Sequence record: SRR31156797_16013
Strand: one strand, 5' to 3'
Length of the DNA stretch: 32,044 nt
The notes under the pieces were generated by a model, which was given only the letters and a program-made list of their open reading frames with translations, had not been told where the DNA came from and did not search any database. A program made the position numbers and the translations under genes. Of this stretch, positions 19,601 to 27,363 are shown piece by piece. Position 1 is the stretch's first letter, and every line of letters begins with the position of its first letter.

Positions 19601-20836
19601 ATTTTTATCGGTAGGATTTACAGCAATACATAAATCATATGAACCCTGCCCTGTATTTGAACCAGAGCCATCACTATAGTATCCAAGTAATGAACCATTT
19701 GTTGAGTTCCCATCAAACTCTAAAGTGAAATTGGCACCAGAATCTGTACTTTTATAAATACCTTTAAGTCCTCTATCGCTATTTGCAACTATAGCATACA
19801 CATATGTTGCATCATGAGGCGTAACGGCCAATTCTGCACGACGTGAACTTGCAAAATACTCAACTTGCGTCCAACTTGCACCATTATCTGTAGAACGATA
19901 AATTTCAGCTGCTGTATAATCACTTGTTGATGCATAAACCACATCTGAGTCTCCCGGTTTAAATTCCATATCAATGAAATAGGCGCCACTTTGTTCTAAT
20001 GTCCAACTTGTACCTCCATTTGTAGTGCGATAAATTCCATTTGTAGTAGCCGCTAACATAATTTGGCCATTCGTTGGATCAACCAAAATACGTCCTATTA
20101 ATTCTCTCTCATCAACATCAAAACTAAGACCAGTAGTAGTCCATGTTTGACCACCATCCGTTGATTTAAGTATTCCAATAGAATTATTGTCAGCCTTGAC
20201 ACCACCTCCTAAAGTCCAAGAGCTACCTCCATCGCGATCGCCAGTGGCTATATACATTGTATTTGATGTAGTAAAGTCATTAGCAAGGGCAATATCAGAA
20301 ACACCAATTACATCGTTGCCATCTGTCATACACTCCCAGGTTGATCCACCATTTGTAGTTTTCCACAATCCACCGGAGGGTGTTCCTATCCAAAATGTAT
20401 TGTTATCTGTGGGATGAAATTCAATGCAATTCACGCGTCCAAGCCCAGCATAGCCACCTGGAGTAGAACTTGGTCCTACAGCAGACCAATCACCTGAAGA
20501 ACTTTTTCCAGGATTCTCCGCTTTATATCTAGCAAACTGCGCAGCTGCACTAGTTTTAGGAAAGGCAGTTGTTGTCCTATTTACACGTAGGTCCCAAAAA
20601 TATTCCCACCGTTTAAAAAGTTTATATCCAGGCATTTTAACCCATTCTCCATCAATTAATTTTTTTCCTTCAACAATCTGATTTTCTGCTTCCCAACGAT
20701 CAAAAGCGTTTCGAAAATCGTTTAGGGTTAATTCTTCATTGTTTTTAGGTGTTTCAATGTATTCCATCCAGGGTTGTGAAACACCCAAAGAAGCAATGAA
20801 ACAGACCATTAAAATGGTAAGTAATAAATTTTTCAT
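16670..20836 (-). CDS. T9SS-secreted multidomain protein: VPS10/BNR (Asp-box) beta-propellers, PKD, FN3-nested cleaved-adhesin domain, two PKD domains, type A CTD
   Basis: Signal peptide ending VS|Q; about 10 S/T-x-D/N-x-G-x-S/T-W repeats; PKD motifs (WDWTF, WSWDFGD, WDFGD); CTD IFPNP...GIYYV...KKIIVE. Confidence 0.9.
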   Translation of the reverse strand: MKNLLLTILMVCFIASLGVSQPWMEYIETPKNNEELTLNDFRNAFDRWEAENQIVEGKKLIDGEWVKMPGYKLFKRWEYFWDLRVNRTTTAFPKTSAAAQFARYKAENPGKSSSGDWSAVGPSSTPGGYAGLGRVNCIEFHPTDNNTFWIGTPSGGLWKTTNGGSTWECMTDGNDVIGVSDIALANDFTTSNTMYIATGDRDGGSSWTLGGGVKADNNSIGILKSTDGGQTWTTTGLSFDVDERELIGRILVDPTNGQIMLAATTNGIYRTTNGGTSWTLEQSGAYFIDMEFKPGDSDVVYASTSDYTAAEIYRSTDNGASWTQVEYFASSRRAELAVTPHDATYVYAIVANSDRGLKGIYKSTDSGANFTLEFDGNSTNGSLLGYYSDGSGSNTGQGSYDLCIAVNPTDKNEVFIGGVNTWRSANGGSSWVNNNMWTSYTGYNFSGSPEVHADKHVLKYRESDGTLFEGNDGGIYKTTNSGTSWTDLSNDLYITQIYRLGVSQSETDMTIIGNQDNGSKMYNGSFWDDVTGGDGMECAIDPVNSDVQYATYVYGTLYRTTNGWSNYTTISDNITGGNNGWWVSPYVIDPNDNETLIVGYDKIWKSTNRGDSWSQLGTLESSDKFRSLAIAESNSSVMVIADPDDIWYTSNGGTSWSDITGTLPTYNYSITYVAIHATDPNTIWVTMGGYDGNRVYESTNGGSSWTNISSGLPNLPVMTIVHNKQETSLNELYVGTDRGVYMKRGSADWVPFMTNLPNVVVTELEIYYDATPANSKLRAATFGRGLWESDLYTSPAAAPVADFEAVNTTVYVGQNVQFNDLSTNSPDTWDWTFTGATPSTSDIQNPVVSYAATGTYNVSLTVENSQGSDTETKTSYITVVEMPDFPPVSNLQANVQNQDDVVLTWNVPNDAPLISEGFEGTWPPAGWDVQYSTTAFGALSDPTGATWSQIDETSFGGTDPQYIHTGVYSAGLGYTAPDFNWLITPEFVPAASTKLSFWMWYNSTSTFQTLFHIYVKDNGVWTSILDLSDESSNNQYASPVELDLSAYATETIQLAFVYEYNDGYQLCIDDVYIGSIPDNYTIYRNDALLTTIADPAQVTYTDMNLDIGSYDYHMIANYVDPTGSSAESNTASVDISIVPTAAFSGSPTSGNAPLTVSFTDASTDATSWSWDFGDTGTSSDQNPSHEYTEPGSYTVALTATNATGSDTETKNNYITVNALQAVAQFEGSPTESNYDTLTVFFTNLSTNADDFDWDFGDDNTSVEVSPSHKYLAPGVYTVTLIAANDYNSDTETKSGYIIVHGVGIDVVKEANINIFPNPGNGLFNIGSVEGMTGNVSVKILDQKANLLEEKTLDLSQPQQIDLTAQPAGIYYVLFENSGKQFIKKIIVE

Positions 20837-21271
20837 AGCACTAGAGTTGATTAGTATAAAAGTTGATTTAATTCGTGTTAGTTTAGTTAAGTAAATCTAT
20901 GGAATAAAATGATAAATTCCAGTTTTTTTATGTTAACCAAATTATATTTCTTATTAACAAATGCAGAAACTGACTATTTTATATTGAATATTGACAATTG
21001 ATTATTGATTAATGTTGAATTGCAATATGTTTGTTTAACCAAAGCAAACAATAATGCTCTTTTAGCACAGAACAACTAAGAATAGTATGACAGTAAATCA
21101 TGAATTTTTTAAAGGGTTCAAATAGCTTTTTGCTAAACACTCAATAAATGTATGGTTTACAACCATTGACTTTAAACTAATTTGTGCAACAAAATAATAA
21201 TTAATTACAAAGAATAATAAATTATTAATCAACAATTTAGTAGATTTATAAGATACTAAGCATTTTTTTAA

Positions 21272-22390
21272 ATGAAACTTTTTTCAAATACCATATTTTT
21301 AGCTTTTTGTGTGCTAATTATCTCAAATAATAACGGTACTGGACAGAATATAGTCAGCGAAGAATTCTATAATTTGAATACATCCATTTCTGGATATGGA
21401 GTGAAAAAGATGAAAAATCCAGCCATCTTTCAAGGCAATAGAAAGAAGCAAAATTATTTCGAAGGATGGTATTTCAAAATGGTATCAGCTGATGGTAAAT
21501 CTATAATTAGTATCATTCCCGGCATATCATTATCCAAAAAAGGTGGTGAAAAACATGCGTTTATTCAAGTTATTGACGGAGTTTCAACAAAAACCTATTA
21601 CAAAAACTTTCCTATTGATGCGTTCAAATTTTCCAATCAGCGATTTGCAGTCCGCATTGGTGATAATCATTTTTGCCAGGATAGTATAGTACTTAATATT
21701 CAAGATGATAGTCTAAAGTTAACTGGAAAAATAATAATGACAAACCAGGTGGACTTAACTCCAGATAAGCAAAAAAACAAGCGAATTATGGGAATCTTTC
21801 ATTTTGTGCCATTTATGCAATGCTATCATGGTGTTGTTAGTTTAACTCACGATCTTGAGGGAGACCTATCCTTAAACGGGCAAAATCTTCATTTTAATCA
21901 TGGAAATGGATATATTGAAAAGGATTGGGGACGCTCCATGCCTTCAGCCTGGATTTGGATGCAAAGCAACAGTTTCCAGTCAGAAAACACTTCATTTATG
22001 CTATCTATTGCCAATATTCCCTGGATGGGAGCACATTTTACCGGGTTTCTTGGTTTCTTTTTACACAAAAATGAGGTCCATCGATTTGGAACCTATACAC
22101 GTTCGAAACTAAAACTTGAATCATCTGAATCAAATGCTTTAAAGATTACTTTGAAAAATAAGAATCATACTTATTATATTGAAGCTGAACAACAAGGTTA
22201 TGGATCACTAATAGCACCAGTAAAAGGATCTATGGATCGACATATTTCTGAAGGGGTTGATGCAAAAATATCATTAAAAATCATAGATAGAAAAGATCAA
22301 ATTATATTCCATGACAGTACTACCATAGCCGGATTAGAAATAGTTGGCAATATTCAAATCCTCAAAAGCAAAAGACAGCGAAAGAACTAA
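21272..22390 (+). CDS. Tocopherol cyclase family protein with N-terminal signal peptide
   Basis: YFEGWYFK, IMG-x6-FMQCYHG, GYIEKDWGRSMPSAWIWMQSN, GLEIVG. Confidence 0.82.
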   Translation: MKLFSNTIFLAFCVLIISNNNGTGQNIVSEEFYNLNTSISGYGVKKMKNPAIFQGNRKKQNYFEGWYFKMVSADGKSIISIIPGISLSKKGGEKHAFIQVIDGVSTKTYYKNFPIDAFKFSNQRFAVRIGDNHFCQDSIVLNIQDDSLKLTGKIIMTNQVDLTPDKQKNKRIMGIFHFVPFMQCYHGVVSLTHDLEGDLSLNGQNLHFNHGNGYIEKDWGRSMPSAWIWMQSNSFQSENTSFMLSIANIPWMGAHFTGFLGFFLHKNEVHRFGTYTRSKLKLESSESNALKITLKNKNHTYYIEAEQQGYGSLIAPVKGSMDRHISEGVDAKISLKIIDRKDQIIFHDSTTIAGLEIVGNIQILKSKRQRKN

Positions 22391-22439
22391 TTGTGCATTA
22401 AGTTGTTATAAAAAGTACACTCACTAACTAAAAACAAGA

Positions 22440-22808
22440 ATGGGCTCACATCCACTTAATCTAACATTACGATTCGTATTAGAAATCGCGGCTCTCATAG
22501 CGATTGGCATTTGGGGTTGGGAACACAACGACAACGACCTAAAATATGTCCGATCCATCGGAATACCAATTTTTCTGGCTATTTCGTGGGGTGTATTTGC
22601 TGTAAAAGGTGATCCTAGTCGTGCAGGAAAACCTGCGATACCTGTTAAAGGATTCATTCGCCTGTTATTTGAATTAATATTCTTTGCATTTGCTGTTTGG
22701 GGTTTATATTCAATAGGATACACTACAATAAGTATCATAATGGGATCTGTTATCGCTTTTCATTATATCATTTCATATGATAGAATTGGATGGTTATTAA
22801 AACACTAA
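22440..22808 (+). CDS. YrdB family (DUF2568) small membrane protein
   Basis: NLTLRFVLE, WGVFAVKGDPSR, RLLFE; four TM segments. Confidence 0.75.
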   Translation: MGSHPLNLTLRFVLEIAALIAIGIWGWEHNDNDLKYVRSIGIPIFLAISWGVFAVKGDPSRAGKPAIPVKGFIRLLFELIFFAFAVWGLYSIGYTTISIIMGSVIAFHYIISYDRIGWLLKH

Positions 22809-22951
22809 TATTTATTTTCCATTTTTATCATTGAATATAAGCTAAGCAGTTCCTTCTTTGTAATACATCTAAAAAATACTAACTTCGTTGCTTCGAAGAA
22901 AAAAATTAATCGTTATTCTTAACATAAGTAAACGAGATAGCATAAATATAG

Positions 22952-24406
22952 ATGTTATTTAACTCAATTGAATTTGCGATTTTCTTACCCATTGTGTTTT
23001 TGTTGTATTGGTTTTTAAACCGAAAGAACATACAAATTCAGAATAGTTTACTTATACTAGCCAGCTATATCTTTTATGGCTGGTGGGATTGGCGGTTTTT
23101 ATCTCTTATAATCTTTAGTTCTTTTGTGGATTATTTTGTTGGTCTTGGTTTAGGAAAAACAGAACAAAAAAGAAAAAGAAAACTACTACTGCTTACTAGC
23201 ATCCTGGTAAACCTCGGATTCCTGGGGTTCTTTAAATACTTTAATTTCTTTGCCCAAAGCTTTGCAGATGCATTCACTTTATTTGGTCAACATATTGAAC
23301 CAACACGACTAAATATCATACTACCTGTTGGCATAAGCTTTTATACATTTCAAACATTAAGCTATTCAATTGATGTATACAAGAGAAAGATGGAACCCAC
23401 AAAAGATGCACTCTCATTCTTTGCTTTTGTAAGCTTTTTTCCACAATTAGTAGCCGGCCCGATTGAGAGAGCCACAAACCTTTTACCCCAATTCTATAAG
23501 AAAAGAAAATTTGATTATGGAAATGCTGTAGATGGTATGCGTCAGATTCTATGGGGATTATTCAAAAAAATAGTAATAGCAGATAATAGTGCTGAATTTG
23601 CCAACCAAATTTTCAACAATTCTGCCGATATGAATGGTAGCACACTGTTGCTTGGTGCCCTGTTCTTTACTTTTCAAATATATGGAGACTTTTCAGGTTA
23701 CTCAGATATTGCAATAGGTACAGCCAGATTGTTTGGGTTTAGGTTAATGCGAAACTTTGCATTTCCTTATTTCTCCAGAGATATTGCTGAATTTTGGCGC
23801 CGGTGGCATATTTCATTATCAACATGGTTTAGAGATTATCTTTACATTCCCCTTGGCGGTAGCAGAGGTAGTACAGCCATGAAAATTCGTAATACTTTTA
23901 TAATATTTATTGTCAGTGGATTTTGGCATGGAGCAAACTGGACATTCATCATTTGGGGAGCTTTAAATGCTATTTATTTTTTACCGTTATTATTGACAAA
24001 AAGAAACAGAAACTACATAGAAATAATTGCATTTGATAGAACATTTCCCCCTTTCAGAGAAATCATATCAATGCTCATCACCTTTGCTCTTACGATTTTT
24101 GCATGGATATTTTTCAGAGCTGAAAGCGTTTCTCATGCAATAAATTATATTGGAGAAATACTGTCTCCTTCGCTATTTGAAATCCCTAAATTTGATGGTA
24201 TTGCAAAAGCTATCATGACCTTCTTGTTTATTGGATTTTTCCTTATCATCGAATGGATTGGCAGAAAAGGTCAATATGCTATTGAAGACATAGATCATTG
24301 GTTTAATCGAGTTTTCCGCTGGAGTTTTTATGTGGTTATAATACTTCTAATATATTTCTATGGTAATAATGCCGGTAAAATTGAATTTATTTATTTCCAA
24401 TTTTAA
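22952..24406 (+). CDS. MBOAT family O-acyltransferase (AlgI/PatA/DltB-like)
   Basis: MLFNS, LPVGISFYTFQ, FFPQLVAGPIER, DFSGYSDIA, FWRRWHISLSTWFRDYLYIPLGG, SGFWHGA (catalytic His). Confidence 0.95.
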   Translation: MLFNSIEFAIFLPIVFLLYWFLNRKNIQIQNSLLILASYIFYGWWDWRFLSLIIFSSFVDYFVGLGLGKTEQKRKRKLLLLTSILVNLGFLGFFKYFNFFAQSFADAFTLFGQHIEPTRLNIILPVGISFYTFQTLSYSIDVYKRKMEPTKDALSFFAFVSFFPQLVAGPIERATNLLPQFYKKRKFDYGNAVDGMRQILWGLFKKIVIADNSAEFANQIFNNSADMNGSTLLLGALFFTFQIYGDFSGYSDIAIGTARLFGFRLMRNFAFPYFSRDIAEFWRRWHISLSTWFRDYLYIPLGGSRGSTAMKIRNTFIIFIVSGFWHGANWTFIIWGALNAIYFLPLLLTKRNRNYIEIIAFDRTFPPFREIISMLITFALTIFAWIFFRAESVSHAINYIGEILSPSLFEIPKFDGIAKAIMTFLFIGFFLIIEWIGRKGQYAIEDIDHWFNRVFRWSFYVVIILLIYFYGNNAGKIEFIYFQF

Positions 24407-24419
24407 GTAAATCTATAGA

Positions 24420-25301
24420 ATGCGAAAGTTTCTAATAAATATCAGCCTGTTCTTAACAATTTTAATAATCATAAATATTGTTTTAAATATTTATGCTGAT
24501 AAAATTTATCTGGCAAGCTATAAATTGCATCAATTAGAATATAATTCATATTTGCTTGGAGACTCACACGGAATTCCACTTGGTCAAAACTTAGAAAGTT
24601 ATGGTATATATAACTTTTCAGCCGAAAGCGACAGTTATATTGATATGAAGCGCAAACTCAATTTTCTTATAAAAAATACATCTGTTGATACTATTTTCAT
24701 TACAATTGATGATCATACCTTAAGTCCATACAGAGAAACACTCAACAATGCGGATAGGTCAGTGTATTATGCAACAATTGATGACTATGAAAATATATTC
24801 ATTTATGTCAAAGAAAAAATATTAAGTAAAATTCCATTTTTTCAACCAAAAATGGCATCAGTTTTAAAAGTATATTTCTACGCTCAGTTAAAATCACTTT
24901 TTAGCCATGGCACAGATAAAAAAGAGCAATCAAATGAATGGTCAAAATTGAACAGTGATAGGCGTATTAAAACTGCCCACAAAAGATTCTTAAAACAATT
25001 TCCTACCAAAGATAATTCAGAGCTGCTTAAAGAAACACTTTTAGAGATTGTAAAAAAATGTAAAAAGCATAAAATAACGCTTATCGGAATCCAATTTCCA
25101 TTAAGTCAAGAATATATCAATGCAATGGGGAACACTACTTATGGTGCTGCAGAACTTTTTAAAAGTTTAGAGATTAAAACTTTAGATTTCACAAACCTCT
25201 TTGTAAACCAGAAAGATTATTTTAAAGATCAGGATCATTTAAGTAAAAAAGGCAGTCGTATTTTCACTCAGAAGTTTATTGATAAACTTTCTCAATTGTA
25301 A
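24420..25301 (+). CDS. Membrane-anchored SGNH/GDSL-like protein, likely MBOAT partner (AlgJ/DltD-like)
   Basis: N-terminal TM anchor, block I LLGDSHG, block V FKDQDHL; 13 nt downstream of the MBOAT gene. Confidence 0.75.
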   Translation: MRKFLINISLFLTILIIINIVLNIYADKIYLASYKLHQLEYNSYLLGDSHGIPLGQNLESYGIYNFSAESDSYIDMKRKLNFLIKNTSVDTIFITIDDHTLSPYRETLNNADRSVYYATIDDYENIFIYVKEKILSKIPFFQPKMASVLKVYFYAQLKSLFSHGTDKKEQSNEWSKLNSDRRIKTAHKRFLKQFPTKDNSELLKETLLEIVKKCKKHKITLIGIQFPLSQEYINAMGNTTYGAAELFKSLEIKTLDFTNLFVNQKDYFKDQDHLSKKGSRIFTQKFIDKLSQL

Positions 25302-25350
25302 ACAACTTTATAACATTCCTCTATTGGTAAATAGTATAACAGGGAATAAA

Positions 25351-26343
25351 TTACAACGCAATATTCAAAGAAAAAACCTCTACAGGATGTTCTTTTCCTT
25401 TCAAATCAACTTCACCATGTGAAGTATAGTCCCATTTTTCATCTATTATATCTTTTACATCGTCTGAAAAAGCTATTGCTCTTCTAATTTTTCTCGTGTA
25501 GGCTTCCAGTCGGGATGCAACATTCACCGGATCACCAATAATAGTATAATCCTGCTTAAAAGATGATCCCATATTGCCCTCCATTACCTCACCACAACTA
25601 ATACCAAAACCTGTCCGCAGCTTTTTAATAATGGAGTTTTCTGTTTTGATATTTCGCTGCATGAGTTTTATTTCATCCAGAATTTCAACACATGCACGTA
25701 CAGCCTTATCTGCCTTCTCAATATCATAAAATGCCATAATACCATCTCCAAGAAATTTTGTTACTTCACCTCCATAAGCTGTAATATTATTGGAGCATAT
25801 TTCAAAGTATAAATTAATAAATTCAGATACCTCCTCTACCGGCCGATTTTCACAAATACTTGAAAACGAAACAATATCACCAAAAACAATCACTTTTTGA
25901 GTCTTTCGTAATGGCGAATCAAGCGGATTAAGGCCCATATTGAAAATATTAGAAACTGCAGGTTGGGTATATTTTAAAATAATGCTGTGCGAATCCATCA
26001 CATTTTGAAGCAAAATACGAATTGGCATCATTATATCAGTATTGTTCTCAGCCAGATTTATGGTCTTCATTGACCATTGGGGGAAAAGTCGTTCAGTAAT
26101 ATTTTGTTCTGTTTTTAAAGACATTACTTCCATATGTCTTTCATCCTCCTTTATATACTCATATACTTCATCAACAATTTGGTCCTCACCTTCAAGTATT
26201 TGAAAGAATAATCCCTGTACATAAATGAGTACACCTGTGATGTTTTTATCCTTATTATTCTCAGCTGATTCTCTTCCTATTTCTTCAATTTCAGAGCGAG
26301 GAAGAGCACTTGACATTCTGCTTATGTAAGTAATTCGCTTCAT
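25351..26343 (-). CDS. Photoactivated adenylyl cyclase (BLUF + class III AC; bPAC/BlaC/OaPAC-like), 330 aa
   Basis: ATG at 26343 (MKRITYIS). BLUF Y6, N30, NITGVL, FFQ48ILEG, DERH, W90-S-M92; cyclase FGD156, VTK196FLGD200, EGNMGS, D265-Y-T267, VN274VASR278, LKGK. Confidence 0.95.
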   Translation of the reverse strand: MKRITYISRMSSALPRSEIEEIGRESAENNKDKNITGVLIYVQGLFFQILEGEDQIVDEVYEYIKEDERHMEVMSLKTEQNITERLFPQWSMKTINLAENNTDIMMPIRILLQNVMDSHSIILKYTQPAVSNIFNMGLNPLDSPLRKTQKVIVFGDIVSFSSICENRPVEEVSEFINLYFEICSNNITAYGGEVTKFLGDGIMAFYDIEKADKAVRACVEILDEIKLMQRNIKTENSIIKKLRTGFGISCGEVMEGNMGSSFKQDYTIIGDPVNVASRLEAYTRKIRRAIAFSDDVKDIIDEKWDYTSHGEVDLKGKEHPVEVFSLNIAL

Positions 26344-26358
26344 GTAACACAAGTTACA
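26343..26358. promoter_or_regulatory. Palindromic putative CRP/FNR-family operator TGTAAC-ACAA-GTTACA
   Basis: Perfect 6-bp inverted repeat with TGTAA-N6-TTACA geometry, overlapping the first base of the PAC start codon. Confidence 0.45.
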
Positions 26359-26429
26359 AATTTTTGCAACACTATTCGTTCATCATCAATATTCTTTTTA
26401 TTAATAATTCATACTCTAGGAAATCATAA

Positions 26430-26437
26430 TAACTTTG
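26430..26437 (+). promoter_or_regulatory. Bacteroidota -7 element for the hemolysin III gene
   Basis: TAACTTTG 21 nt upstream of ATG 26459. Confidence 0.65.
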
Positions 26438-26458
26438 AAGTGATAAAAGTGAAGAATT

Positions 26459-27127
26459 ATGTCAAACAAAGCAATAGCCGGACGCTTCAGTAAAAAAGAA
26501 GAAATAGCCAACGCCATTTCCCATGGAATAGGTACAGCTTTATCAATAACAGGCTTGGTATTCATGGTGATTATTGCTGTCAAATTCGGTACAGTGAGAG
26601 GCGTAGTGAGTGCAAGTATTTTTGGCGCGACATTAATTCTCCTTTACCTCTCCTCTACTCTGAACCACAGTTTGAAGGTAGGTAGGGTAAAAGATTTCTT
26701 TCATAACTTTGATCAGGTTGCCATATACTTGCTTATTGCCGGAACATATACTCCCCTTGCTTTGGTAACGTTAAAAAATGATTGGGGTTGGACTATGTTC
26801 GGGTTTCAATGGGGTTTTGCTCTGGCAGGCATAATCGCAAAGTTTTTCTTACCTAATAAATTCGAAAAAGGGGTCAATATCTTTTTCATTGCTTCATATA
26901 TTATCATGGGCTGGATGCTGTTGTTTTTTCTAAATCCTCTTTTCCGCAATATGCCGAATATGGGCATGGTTTTTATTTTTATTGGTGGAGCTTTTTATAC
27001 ATTAGGCACTATCTTTTTTAAGATGGAAAAGATGCCATACCATCACCTCATTTGGCACTTATTTGTAATTGGCGGAAGTGTAATGCATGTATTGGCAGTG
27101 ATGATTTATGTGTTGCCTGTAAAGTAA
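26459..27127 (+). CDS. Hemolysin III / PAQR family membrane protein (TrhA-like)
   Basis: EEIANAISHG, SSTLNH, DQVAIYLLIAGTYTP, HLIWHLFV; seven TM segments. Confidence 0.92.
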   Translation: MSNKAIAGRFSKKEEIANAISHGIGTALSITGLVFMVIIAVKFGTVRGVVSASIFGATLILLYLSSTLNHSLKVGRVKDFFHNFDQVAIYLLIAGTYTPLALVTLKNDWGWTMFGFQWGFALAGIIAKFFLPNKFEKGVNIFFIASYIIMGWMLLFFLNPLFRNMPNMGMVFIFIGGAFYTLGTIFFKMEKMPYHHLIWHLFVIGGSVMHVLAVMIYVLPVK

Positions 27128-27363
27128 GATGCTATTTCATTTCCCATAAACTTAATTAAAAATCAAACAGTTAGGCCAAAACAACACATTATAAGTAACT
27201 TTAAAGAATCTGAGTTTAGTTCAATTCTTCGAATACCCAATATAATTTGAAATAGCCCTATAACAACAAATATATCTTAATTGCAATCTAACCTATATTT
27301 TTTCTAACATAATGCAAATCATTAAAAATTAATTAGTAACTTTAGGACTAAAATAATTTAATC

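Noticed and set aside
18480-20400. Recurrent similar DNA segments in the large gene as a possible repeat array or CRISPR
   Set aside because: They are degenerate codings of Asp-box/BNR protein repeats; no identical direct repeats with spacers and no cas genes
22424-22738. 104-aa minus-strand ORF
   Set aside because: Antisense shadow of the YrdB-like gene, which has the recognisable motifs
26344-26352. TTG start giving an MCY extension on the PAC
   Set aside because: ATG at 26343 yields MKRITYIS, matching the N-terminus of known PACs; the extension falls inside the palindrome and promoter region
21272-27127. A unified photoprotection island (tocopherol cyclase + PAC + PAQR)
   Set aside because: Separate transcription units interrupted by unrelated genes, with no carotenoid, photolyase or other tocopherol genes; proximity alone is insufficient
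26459-27127. Hemolysin as a virulence toxin
   Set aside because: HlyIII/PAQR proteins are widespread membrane proteins; the family name is not evidence of toxicity
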